A DNA stretch of 32,000 bases from Vulcanisaeta distributa DSM 14429 (GCF_000148385.1 NC_014537.1:1740001-1772000); one strand, 5' to 3'. Positions 17,286-25,533 are shown, numbered from the stretch's first letter. The notes: generated by a model from the letters alone, not told the origin. Numbers and translations are program-made.

Positions 17286-17825
17286 ATGGCCGTACTAACG
17301 AGGGATGAAATACTAAAACTCGTCAAGAGCGGGGTCCTATCAATCGAGCCCTTCACCGAGGATGTTGTTAGGGAGAATGGGCTTGACCTTAGGGTTGGGA
17401 CTGAGTACGCCATATACGCCTTTGATGGGCAGGTAATAGACCCATGCGAACTGGAGAGTGCGAGGCACCTATTTAGTATTGTTGAGGCTAAGGATGGCAG
17501 GATAGTCATACCGCCAAGGAGCTTCGCGCTACTAACCACCATGGAGTACGTGAAGTTCCCAAGGGATGTGGTCGGCTTCTGCAACCTACGCTCAACCCTG
17601 GCTAGGTACGGCTTAAGCGTACCACCAACAATAATAGACGCGGGCTTTGAGGGCAACGTAACAATCGAGGTAATAAACAACAGCGGCAACTACATGGTCC
17701 TTAGGCCAGGCATGAGATTCCTACACGTGGTTTTAGTCAAGGCAATCGGTGAGGCGAAGTACCTGGGCAGGTACCTGGGGCAGAGGGGAGTCACACCGCC
17801 GAAGGGCATGAAGGGTGAGTGCTGA
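17286..17825 (+). CDS. dcd: dCTP deaminase (dUTPase superfamily)
   Basis: At 179 aa it shows an N-terminal ILTRDEILKLV-like segment, then ENGLDLRVG, SFALLTTMEYVKFP and GFCNLRSTLARYGL, which are typical of Dcd. Confidence 0.9.
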   Translation: MAVLTRDEILKLVKSGVLSIEPFTEDVVRENGLDLRVGTEYAIYAFDGQVIDPCELESARHLFSIVEAKDGRIVIPPRSFALLTTMEYVKFPRDVVGFCNLRSTLARYGLSVPPTIIDAGFEGNVTIEVINNSGNYMVLRPGMRFLHVVLVKAIGEAKYLGRYLGQRGVTPPKGMKGEC

Positions 17826-17826
17826 G

Positions 17827-19026
17827 TTATGGCGTGTATTTAACGACTTCCATACCAAAGACGCCAGCTATGGTCTCCAACTCCCTAACTACATTCCCAG
17901 GTATTATGACGTGGTGGTTATACGGCGCCAGCCTAAGGATTACCGATGAGTTAATACCGAGGTCGAGTATTGCCTGTGTCCTGCACATCCTATCGCTCAG
18001 TAGACCTGACTCAACAACCCTGGCGCTGAATATGCCCATCCTCCTGAAATCGCTTGAGACCGAAACCCCAGTCACATCATTAAACAGCAACCTGCCAGTC
18101 AAGCCATAGTTAAACCCAGACTCAAAGTGGGTTACGACACTGGCATCCCTGATCATGTTAAGGGCTATGGTGCAATGAGCCATTGTGACCCTACTGCCCT
18201 CAATGTGGTTCGTATTCGCAATCCAACCACTATAGCCAGTCAACTCCCGAGCAATGACCATCGAGAACAAAGCCCTCAGGTCAGCCTCGCATGCCGCTAT
18301 CAACCCCTCCTCATTAAGCCTAGCCAACGCCAAACATGGCGTGACCCCATGCTTAATTAGGTATGGGAAGCAGTTAATGGCGAAGGCATCGTACTTACCG
18401 TAGAGACTACGCATGGCAGCATAAATCTTACCAACATCCCTAAGCCTCTCATCACTGACCTCAAACCTAGCCCTACCTTTAATGTAATTCATGAACTCTA
18501 CGGCCAATTTCTCATCAGCATTATTAATCATGTCCTCAAGGCTCTCCATAGGTACGGCATCAACCCTAGCCTCAAACCTATCCTCAAAGGTCCTAGCCAC
18601 ACTATCCTTAGCCCCAACACCAAGCAAGGCAACCCTAATACCGAGTATGGAGGCTATGGCCCTGGCAATCCTAAGTGCATGGTCAATACGACCCAAGTCC
18701 TTAAGATGAAGTATCCCCGAGTCAATCCCAACCTCACTAAGTAGAGCCCTTGCGTCAAGGGCCGAGGCAAGGCTATTAAGACCTGGATGAGAAACAAGCA
18801 GTAACCTACGTAGACCATAATCCTCAGCGAACTCCCTAACAAGGCGACTAACACCACCTGACAGTATTAAGGCGACGACGAATGTATTACTAATGTTCAA
18901 TCCCCTTAACTCATCAGTACTTGATACGATCCTATCAACACCCTCAATAGCGGGTAGCCTGTTCCTATGTAGTGGTGAGACGAAGCCCAGTACAACGATC
19001 CTCCTCATACACCTAATAATTCTCAA
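17827..19026 (-). CDS. L-fucose/L-arabinose-isomerase-superfamily protein (COG2407-like), function unknown
   Basis: The central block PCLALARLNEEGLIAACEADLRALFSMVIARELTG...MAHCT matches the conserved C..a...L...G...aCEaD...a..m segment of FucI-like proteins. Its start overlaps the upstream PLP-enzyme gene by 14 nt. Confidence 0.5.
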   Translation of the reverse strand: MRIIRCMRRIVVLGFVSPLHRNRLPAIEGVDRIVSSTDELRGLNISNTFVVALILSGGVSRLVREFAEDYGLRRLLLVSHPGLNSLASALDARALLSEVGIDSGILHLKDLGRIDHALRIARAIASILGIRVALLGVGAKDSVARTFEDRFEARVDAVPMESLEDMINNADEKLAVEFMNYIKGRARFEVSDERLRDVGKIYAAMRSLYGKYDAFAINCFPYLIKHGVTPCLALARLNEEGLIAACEADLRALFSMVIARELTGYSGWIANTNHIEGSRVTMAHCTIALNMIRDASVVTHFESGFNYGLTGRLLFNDVTGVSVSSDFRRMGIFSARVVESGLLSDRMCRTQAILDLGINSSVILRLAPYNHHVIIPGNVVRELETIAGVFGMEVVKYTP

Positions 19027-19969
19027 GGGCCTTCATAAACAGTTCTGGGTCAATATTGCCGCCGGTAACCATTACAACGACCTTCTTACCCACCAACTGA
19101 TTCCTCAACTTCATGGCAGCAGCCAACGCAGCAGCACCCGCAGGCTCCGCAACCTGCCCAGCGTTAAGGGCTAATTCCTTAATGGCCCTGAGCATCTCAT
19201 CATCACTAACAAGAACCACATCATCAATCCTACCCCTCAATATGCTGAACGGCAACTCATAAGCCCTAGCCGTGGCCAAGCCCTCGGCAATAGTCCTAGC
19301 GTAACCCGTGGAGACCAACCTACCCTCCTTAAGCGATAGGTAAACGCTCGGCGCGCCCTCCGCCTGTACGCCTATGACCTTAATTGATGGGTTAACAGAC
19401 TTATAAACAATCACGGCACTCGAAGCCCCCGAGCCACCGCCTATTGGGTTAATCACCACATCAACGTCGGGCAGGTCCTCAATAACCTCTAGATGCATTG
19501 TACCAACCCCCGGGTAGAGTAGCGGCTCATTGGTACTATGCACGAATAGCAAGCCCTCCCTATTGGCAAGGCTCATTGCGTAGTCCAAGGCCTCATCAAA
19601 CACCTTACCGTGAAATACTATCTCGGCGCCCAGGTCCTTCAAAGCCTCAACCTTAACCCTAGACACGCCCTCAGGCATTACAATCACGACCCTAGCACCG
19701 ATTAACTTACCGGCGTAGGCAACGGACTGCGCATGATTACCCGTGGACGCCGCAATTAATCCCTTCCTCTGCGCCTCATCCCTCCTAACCATCGCGAAAT
19801 ACACACCACCCCTAACCTTAAACGCCCTGGTTGGCTGAAGATTCTCAAGCTTCAGGTAAACATCAAAGCCAAGCAACCTAGATAACTGACGTGAATAGAC
19901 GAGGGGAGTTCTCGGCAAGTACCTAATAATCACCTGCCTAGCTCTATAAACGTCCGACAACGAAAACAT
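19013..19969 (-). CDS. PLP-dependent threonine/serine dehydratase (fold type II, threonine ammonia-lyase-like)
   Basis: Shows the PLP-lysine motif KLENLQPTRAFKVRGG, then STGNHAQSVAYA and the glycine loop IGGGSGAS. The ORF track starts at 20044. The ATG at 19969 (MFSLSDVYRARQ) matches the family N-terminus and has a TATA-like ttattaag centred about 25 nt upstream. Confidence 0.8.
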   Translation of the reverse strand: MFSLSDVYRARQVIIRYLPRTPLVYSRQLSRLLGFDVYLKLENLQPTRAFKVRGGVYFAMVRRDEAQRKGLIAASTGNHAQSVAYAGKLIGARVVIVMPEGVSRVKVEALKDLGAEIVFHGKVFDEALDYAMSLANREGLLFVHSTNEPLLYPGVGTMHLEVIEDLPDVDVVINPIGGGSGASSAVIVYKSVNPSIKVIGVQAEGAPSVYLSLKEGRLVSTGYARTIAEGLATARAYELPFSILRGRIDDVVLVSDDEMLRAIKELALNAGQVAEPAGAAALAAAMKLRNQLVGKKVVVMVTGGNIDPELFMKALENY

Positions 19970-20131
19970 TAGAAGCATTAACGCTACGCCCTTAATAAGC
20001 CTTACAACCCGCGGTGAAGCCCTGTTGAAATTTAAACAGAACATTAGGTAACGTTACAATGCATCACTCTATTTGGTTCCTACTTAATCATGAAGCCAAA
20101 AACCGAACCTACCCGATTCATTTTCTCTGAG

Positions 20132-20150
20132 CACCCGAAGTTAAAAAAAG
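20132..20150 (+). promoter_or_regulatory. conserved promoter cassette copy 1 (upstream box plus TATA) of surface-protein gene 1
   Basis: The sequence is cacccgaag-ttaaaaaaag, followed by tcccgc. The TATA centre lies about 28 nt upstream of the ATG at 20173. Near-identical strings precede the two neighbouring genes. Confidence 0.6.
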
Positions 20151-20172
20151 TCCCGCGAGATAGAAGATTCTG

Positions 20173-21753
20173 ATGGTTATGGGTTTAAGAAGGAGGTGGT
20201 TGTTGGTGGTTTTGGTTGTTGCTGTTGCTGTCTTCTCCTCAGTCCTTGCTTTCCATGTGGTTAATAGGTTGGGGAGTAAAGCCGTTGGTCAGGTGGATCA
20301 GGCAGGCCTTAATACCGTAAATAAGCCAGCACTAATAGGCATTAACGTGACTATCTACGTCATCGGACCAACAACACTCACCCAAGAGTTAGCCAGCATG
20401 GGCATTAACCCATCACTAATCAAACCAATAACCATAAACCAAATAACAAACACGCAAAATAATAGTGTTGTTGTTATTGATTGGGATTCTTTATTGAGTT
20501 ATTCGGGTGGTAATTACTCAGTGATCATCGGCGTCCTGAGTACGTTATTTAAGAGGGGTGACTTGGTGATTATTCATGTATCAAGTACTGAGGAAAGCCC
20601 ACTGGTAATATGGGCCTTAGCTCGGTCATGGGCCAGGGCCTACGGCAGTAAAATAACGACCTACCCAATCATCGCCGGGCAATACCTCTCAGCCTTCGGC
20701 AGTAAAAACGCACTGGTATTCGGCAGTAGCTACAAAACTAAAGACATAATAGGCATAATAACCAACTACCAACGAATAATCAGTACATGGGGTCATGAAG
20801 TAGGGTCAAACCAGGTATCGCTTCTTAATATTTACGAACCATATGAGTTACGGAGTACGACATTAACGAATGTTGATCCTTGTCAGAAGTATGTTCAAAA
20901 TGCGAATAGCCTAGGCGGTGTCGTCTTTGATTATCAACCTTATTATAATGGCGTTGATACCGAGGCTTATAATGATGGCAATGGCACCCTCTACTACGAT
21001 ACGTGCATATTCGTTTACAACGGCAATGGGGAGCCATATATACCCGCTGGCGCTGCGCCGTATTACCCCGTGGTAACTGCTGCATGGATTGCCTATTCAC
21101 CGTCAAGCACCATGATCGGTAACAATGGCTACATAAACTACTTCATAGGCACCATGGACCATGAGCTGGGGTGGGATTATTACCAAAGCAGCACCACTGA
21201 TTCATACCTAGAGTATGAGAGTGGTGCGAACCCAATATCAACGTCATCAAATTACGTCGTGACATTCACAGTCGAGTTTGGAACTGGTGATGTGAATATC
21301 GCATTCGAGGTTGAGTATAGTGAATCACCATCATCCGTCAATATTCAGAGTGAGAATACAGCACCAACTACGAACACGGCGGCTGTTAATAACACCTGGT
21401 GGTTCTACATGGGTAGTAATCAACAGGCTAATCAGAAGTACATGGTGGCATTCGCCGAGGATGCCGATGAGTGGGTACTACCGCAGGGGCTCAATACTTA
21501 TCAAACCGCCACCTTTAACAATGAACTAGGCGTTAATCTAGTCACGTCGGTGCAGGACATACCGTGCACTGCCTGGGTCTATAACTACGAGGTTATATGG
21601 ACTCAAATCCAGTGGGTACTACAGTACAATCCAGGTTCATCACCACCAACAGGCTTCAGCGCCCAGATAGTAAATCAACAAAGCCCGTACGACATAACCG
21701 GAGTAACATCATACAGTGAATCCATACCATACATCTGCGGCGACATAACATAG
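20173..21753 (+). CDS. N-terminally anchored extracellular protein of unknown family (paralogue 1)
   Basis: A 526-aa product. MVMGLRRRW is followed by a hydrophobic helix of about 20 residues. The remainder is Asn/Ser/Thr/Tyr/Gly-rich with several N-x-S/T sequons and 4 Cys. It is clearly paralogous to the next gene. Confidence 0.8.
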   Translation: MVMGLRRRWLLVVLVVAVAVFSSVLAFHVVNRLGSKAVGQVDQAGLNTVNKPALIGINVTIYVIGPTTLTQELASMGINPSLIKPITINQITNTQNNSVVVIDWDSLLSYSGGNYSVIIGVLSTLFKRGDLVIIHVSSTEESPLVIWALARSWARAYGSKITTYPIIAGQYLSAFGSKNALVFGSSYKTKDIIGIITNYQRIISTWGHEVGSNQVSLLNIYEPYELRSTTLTNVDPCQKYVQNANSLGGVVFDYQPYYNGVDTEAYNDGNGTLYYDTCIFVYNGNGEPYIPAGAAPYYPVVTAAWIAYSPSSTMIGNNGYINYFIGTMDHELGWDYYQSSTTDSYLEYESGANPISTSSNYVVTFTVEFGTGDVNIAFEVEYSESPSSVNIQSENTAPTTNTAAVNNTWWFYMGSNQQANQKYMVAFAEDADEWVLPQGLNTYQTATFNNELGVNLVTSVQDIPCTAWVYNYEVIWTQIQWVLQYNPGSSPPTGFSAQIVNQQSPYDITGVTSYSESIPYICGDIT

Positions 21754-21784
21754 TAGCAAGCAATGCCTCATCTTCTCCTCTAAA

Positions 21785-21801
21785 TACCCAAAATTAAAAA
21801 G
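21785..21801 (+). promoter_or_regulatory. conserved promoter cassette copy 2
   Basis: The sequence is tacccaaaa-ttaaaaag, followed by tcccgc. It aligns base for base with copy 1. Confidence 0.6.
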
Positions 21802-21822
21802 TCCCGCAGAATGAAAATCCTA

Positions 21823-23490
21823 GTGGTAGTCATGGGATTAAGAATGGGACGGTTATTTGTGGTGGTTATTTCAGTAATAGTTGCCGTCGTCCTTCTCTCA
21901 GTTCTTACCTTTCATGCAGTTAATGGGTTAGGGTATAAAGTCGTTGGTCGGGTGGGTCAGGCAAGTCCTAATGCCGTAGGTGGGTCGGCATTGGTAGGTA
22001 TTAACGTGCCTATTTACGTTATTGGGCCGGCAACACTCATTCAGGGATTAATCAACGCAGGCATAAACCAATCAACAGTCAAACTAACAACCACAAACCA
22101 ACTAACAACCCTACCAAACAACAGCATGATAATCATCGACTGGTCAGCAATAAAGCCGGACATTATAATAAACGACTCAGGTGGCAAGGTCGAGGTTAAC
22201 TTAACAAGCCCAGTGATTCACGAGCTGGCTAACGCAATTGCCAGGGGTGATATTGTTGGCATATACGCAAACGCAAGCGATGAGAGCATTGTCGAATTCG
22301 TACTAGCCTATTCATGGGCTAAGGCAGTTAATAATGGGCTGATTTTAAACGGTGCAATGCTCAGGGAGGAAGTCCCAGACTATTTAATTGCTTACCCAGT
22401 AATCCCAGTGAGCGATAAAGAGCCAGTGGTGTTCGTTGCAAAGTGGGTTAGACCAAGAGGCCTGATCATAGGCCCAATATACCTAAATCAACTACCGCAG
22501 TTCATAGCAGGTATTATGAAGCCTATCCTTAGGTTGAAAGATCCATGCTATGCTGGGTATGAGCAATACATTGGCGGTTCTCAATTAAGCCCTGCACTTA
22601 GCATTTACTCAGTAGGCGACAGTACCCTCATATGGACAGCACCAATGTGGGTTGGCATATCTGATAGTGGTGTAGAGGGGTATATCGACGGCAATGGAAC
22701 GTTCTATTGGGATACATGCCTCGCCGTGGCTAATTCGATTAATGAAGAGCAGTTAGGTGGATATAGCCCAACTTATTATCTAGCGGTTCAGGTTCTTGGC
22801 TATGAGAATTATTATGAATCCTCAACTATGTATGGTAATAATGGTTATGTTGTTTCACAGCTAGGGGCTATTGATTATTATTACGGATATCAACAATACA
22901 GCGCCGGCGTAACAAACGCATTCGTTGGTGATCAAGGTGGTGGTACGTTCAGTCCTAGTTCGTGGAATCCACGAGCAATAAGTAATACGGCTAGCTATAC
23001 CGTGTCGTTTGGTGTAACCGTTACGGGAATTCCAAGCGTTAGTGTTAGCATATCATTACCCACCGGTACTAGTGAGAGTATTGGTGGTTCACTTAGCCCT
23101 GCCGAGACGACAAGTTTTAATGGCTGGACTGTGGAGGTGGCTAACATTACGTGGACCTTCAACATAGGTTATGGTGCTAACCAGCGGGATTTCCCAAATT
23201 CCTTTGAAGACCTAACACCGGCTAATATGTACTTATCAGGTTTAACATCGCAGAGCATGGCTGTGTTTAATGTTGATTTTGAGAATAATGTGGTCACGGC
23301 ACAATACCCATGCGCCTATGAGGTTCATCAAACTACCTGGGCCGATATTGAGTGGGTGGTCATTGTTACCCCGCAATCAAGCACCATAGCCAACATATCA
23401 GGTAAACCATACATATACTCACAATCTCCACCGTATTCTTACGTAACCGGTACAACAACATATGCAGTGCCCATAATATGTCCACCCTGA
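21823..23490 (+). CDS. N-terminally anchored extracellular protein of unknown family (paralogue 2)
   Basis: The product is about 555 aa. It shares with paralogue 1 the blocks INV.IYVIGP.TL, NNS..IIDW, DGNGT.Y.DTC and SSTM.GNNGY, four aligned Cys, and a Cys-containing C-terminus. The ORF-track ATG at 21811 sits only about 14 nt from the TATA centre. The GTG at 21823 (or the ATG at 21832) aligns with the start of paralogue 1. Confidence 0.8.
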   Translation: MVVMGLRMGRLFVVVISVIVAVVLLSVLTFHAVNGLGYKVVGRVGQASPNAVGGSALVGINVPIYVIGPATLIQGLINAGINQSTVKLTTTNQLTTLPNNSMIIIDWSAIKPDIIINDSGGKVEVNLTSPVIHELANAIARGDIVGIYANASDESIVEFVLAYSWAKAVNNGLILNGAMLREEVPDYLIAYPVIPVSDKEPVVFVAKWVRPRGLIIGPIYLNQLPQFIAGIMKPILRLKDPCYAGYEQYIGGSQLSPALSIYSVGDSTLIWTAPMWVGISDSGVEGYIDGNGTFYWDTCLAVANSINEEQLGGYSPTYYLAVQVLGYENYYESSTMYGNNGYVVSQLGAIDYYYGYQQYSAGVTNAFVGDQGGGTFSPSSWNPRAISNTASYTVSFGVTVTGIPSVSVSISLPTGTSESIGGSLSPAETTSFNGWTVEVANITWTFNIGYGANQRDFPNSFEDLTPANMYLSGLTSQSMAVFNVDFENNVVTAQYPCAYEVHQTTWADIEWVVIVTPQSSTIANISGKPYIYSQSPPYSYVTGTTTYAVPIICPP

Positions 23491-23566
23491 GTAAATAAAT
23501 TAGCGACATGAAGGAAAACACCAAACAGAGTAATGCAATTTTGAGGTAGCCCTTGGATTTATGGGG

Positions 23567-25231
23567 TTATGAGCATGGGCCTGCGTTGAAGTCTGCGTAA
23601 AACGTTGGTGCTGGGTAGTAATTGCTTAGGTTACTTACGTAGACCTGGTAATTAAACTCATAAACAATAGGGTTACCGTTACATGCGCCAGTTAAGGGTT
23701 CAGACGTAATACTTATTGATGATGAAATAGTGCTGATTGTCTCTGCATTGAAGGATATGCCCATTAATAGGTAGTTTAAAAATGGGTCTAACTCTGGGGG
23801 TATTGATATGCCCATGGCCTCGAGGATTGAGCCCATATCACCCGCAAGGGCAAAGAGGGGTGACGCACCCACCTGGGTGTCAATATCCCCTGCGGTAATA
23901 TATCCTGTACCGCTTGGGAATGTTACCGTGTTGAATGCCTCATTATTGAGTAGTGTTTGTATGTAGTTCATCATCACCGTTGGATCCAGCGGCTCCGCCT
24001 CAAACTCATTAACGCTAGTATTGTTATAGGCTGCGAACCAAGTCACTATCACCCACCGCACAGCCTCAACAGTGCCAATGCAGGGATCACCCAATGGCCC
24101 TATACACTCATACTCCGTATAATTAGCAATCTCAAGATAACCAACTATGGCAATGCCATAAGCACCGGCGCTGGAAATACTGGGCGCTGAGACGGCATAA
24201 TTTGCGCTCACATTTGCATATTCGCATAAAGGCGTTATTGGTACCAATGGATTTGTGAAGTAGCATTCATAATTTAATAGCGTATAGTTATTTTGGTTAC
24301 TTTGTAGTTGTAGTGTGTAGCCTGTTCCGGGTATTTCTATATTGACTCCGGTGTTTGTTGGTATTGCCAGTGATAGGGTGAAGCCAGCCCCGGTGTAGGT
24401 GGATTGACTAAGCTCAATGCCCACCCGAACATCACTCTCACCCACGTAGTCCACCTCCGACGACCGTATTACCTGAGCCACCACTGGGAATGGTGCGTCA
24501 TCCTGAGTCAGTAGTACCGTGTTAAGTTGCCAATACCAACACTCCTCCCCACCCCTGTAGGTACCACCACCAACGAATACACAACCAGCGGATGCTGTGC
24601 TTGGTGGTTGTGTTGATGGGTCTTGGAAGGATAAGGCACCCGTGGCATTCACGGTCAACCCGACCTTCACAACCCTCGTATAATTAATTACAACATCAAC
24701 AACCGAGCCCCTAGCAAGCACTGGTATTATTGGTACAGTGACAAACCCAGTGACCACGGAGGGGCCCTTGCTCGTATTCGTTATTGTGCTTATGAAGAGG
24801 ATTATTGACGGGCCAGCCATGTCCGGGGTCATCCTTAGGTAATTATCAAGTTCGAGTGCATACGCCGTGTAATTGCCCACGTCTATCACGAAATCCGTTG
24901 AATTACTCAGGTAATGCCCAACATCAACAAAACCACCAACGGAGGGGCCCGTGGCGTATATGAAGAACCTGGCGTTGGTGTGGGGGTACGGTGTGGGGGC
25001 GTTGGTGATGGCAATGTTTATGAGTGGGTACTCATTCGGTGGGCCAAAGGTAAGTATGTTTAGGGGCCAGGGTAATTCGGGATACCTAACGTACTCAACC
25101 ACATAGCCAGGTCCGACGTACTTAAGGACGGTACGGCCCATATGCGCGTAGGTGAATAATGAGGCGTAGGCAATCACCATCACGAGTAACACTATGAACA
25201 ACCACCTACGGTGTTTAAACCCCATAACCAT
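23567..25231 (-). CDS. N-terminally anchored, Cys-rich extracellular protein of unknown family (divergent third member)
   Basis: A 554-aa product. MVMGFKHRRW plus a hydrophobic helix are homologous to paralogue 1 at nucleotide level. The mature part is Asn/Thr/Tyr/Gly/Val-rich with many sequons and about 11 Cys, and shows only weak echoes of paralogues 1 and 2 (FIYATGP, NST..VID). Confidence 0.8.
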   Translation of the reverse strand: MVMGFKHRRWLFIVLLVMVIAYASLFTYAHMGRTVLKYVGPGYVVEYVRYPELPWPLNILTFGPPNEYPLINIAITNAPTPYPHTNARFFIYATGPSVGGFVDVGHYLSNSTDFVIDVGNYTAYALELDNYLRMTPDMAGPSIILFISTITNTSKGPSVVTGFVTVPIIPVLARGSVVDVVINYTRVVKVGLTVNATGALSFQDPSTQPPSTASAGCVFVGGGTYRGGEECWYWQLNTVLLTQDDAPFPVVAQVIRSSEVDYVGESDVRVGIELSQSTYTGAGFTLSLAIPTNTGVNIEIPGTGYTLQLQSNQNNYTLLNYECYFTNPLVPITPLCEYANVSANYAVSAPSISSAGAYGIAIVGYLEIANYTEYECIGPLGDPCIGTVEAVRWVIVTWFAAYNNTSVNEFEAEPLDPTVMMNYIQTLLNNEAFNTVTFPSGTGYITAGDIDTQVGASPLFALAGDMGSILEAMGISIPPELDPFLNYLLMGISFNAETISTISSSISITSEPLTGACNGNPIVYEFNYQVYVSNLSNYYPAPTFYADFNAGPCS

Positions 25232-25254
25232 ATAAAATCCCTCACTTCATGGGG

Positions 25255-25271
25255 CTTTTTTACTTTGGGTG
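25255..25271 (-). promoter_or_regulatory. conserved promoter cassette copy 3
   Basis: The minus strand reads cacccaaag-taaaaaag, followed by cccc. The TATA centre lies about 28 nt upstream of the ATG at 25231. Confidence 0.6.
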
Positions 25272-25436
25272 TTCAGTTAAAGTGAGTCGAGCATTTATTG
25301 CTTGGTTCTGCTTCATGTGATTGAGCACCTGTTGATTCGCCCTTAAAACATACACGGCAATGAACTAAGCAAACACAAAGACAACAAGGCATAAATCAAG
25401 GAAAGGAAACACGTCAAGCAAGACCATGAAACACCA

Positions 25437-25456
25437 TAAAACAAAGAAACGAAAAC
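25437..25456 (-). terminator. oligo-T tract immediately 3' of tRNA-Ala
   Basis: The minus strand reads gttttcgtttctttgtttta directly after the encoded CCA. Archaeal polymerases terminate at T-runs. Confidence 0.35.
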
Positions 25457-25533
25457 TGGTGGACCGGCCGGGATTTGAACCCGGGATCTCCCGCGTGCGA
25501 GGCGGGCATCCTTCCAGGCTAGACTACCGGCCC
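25457..25533 (-). tRNA. tRNA-Ala (anticodon CGC), with CCA encoded
   Basis: The minus strand reads GGGCCGGTAGTCTAGCCTGGAAGGATGCCCGCCTCGCACGCGGGAGATCCCGGGTTCAAATCCCGGCCGGTCCACCA. This folds by hand into a cloverleaf with a 7-bp acceptor stem containing the G3:U70 alanine identity pair, a 5-bp anticodon stem CCCGC/GCGGG with loop CT-CGC-AC, T arm CCGGG-TTCAAAT-CCCGG, and discriminator A73. No intron is present. Confidence 0.95.

Noticed and set aside
20091-20174. 27-codon upstream ORF (MKPKTEPTRFIFSEHPKLKKVPRDRRF) ending in TGATG at the start of surface-protein gene 1, with a similar ATGAAGC... upstream ORF ahead of gene 3
   Set aside because: The homologous region upstream of gene 3 terminates after 18 codons because of a 1-nt indel, so the frame is not conserved. 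In addition, the TATA box lies inside it, so it would sit upstream of the transcription start. I interpret it as conserved non-coding promoter DNA.
20045-25533. The idea that the surface-protein cluster is a mobile element integrated at tRNA-Ala
   Set aside because: I found no integrase or transposase, and no direct repeat of the tRNA 3' half. I also saw no obvious compositional break by eye. Only comparative genomics could revive this idea.
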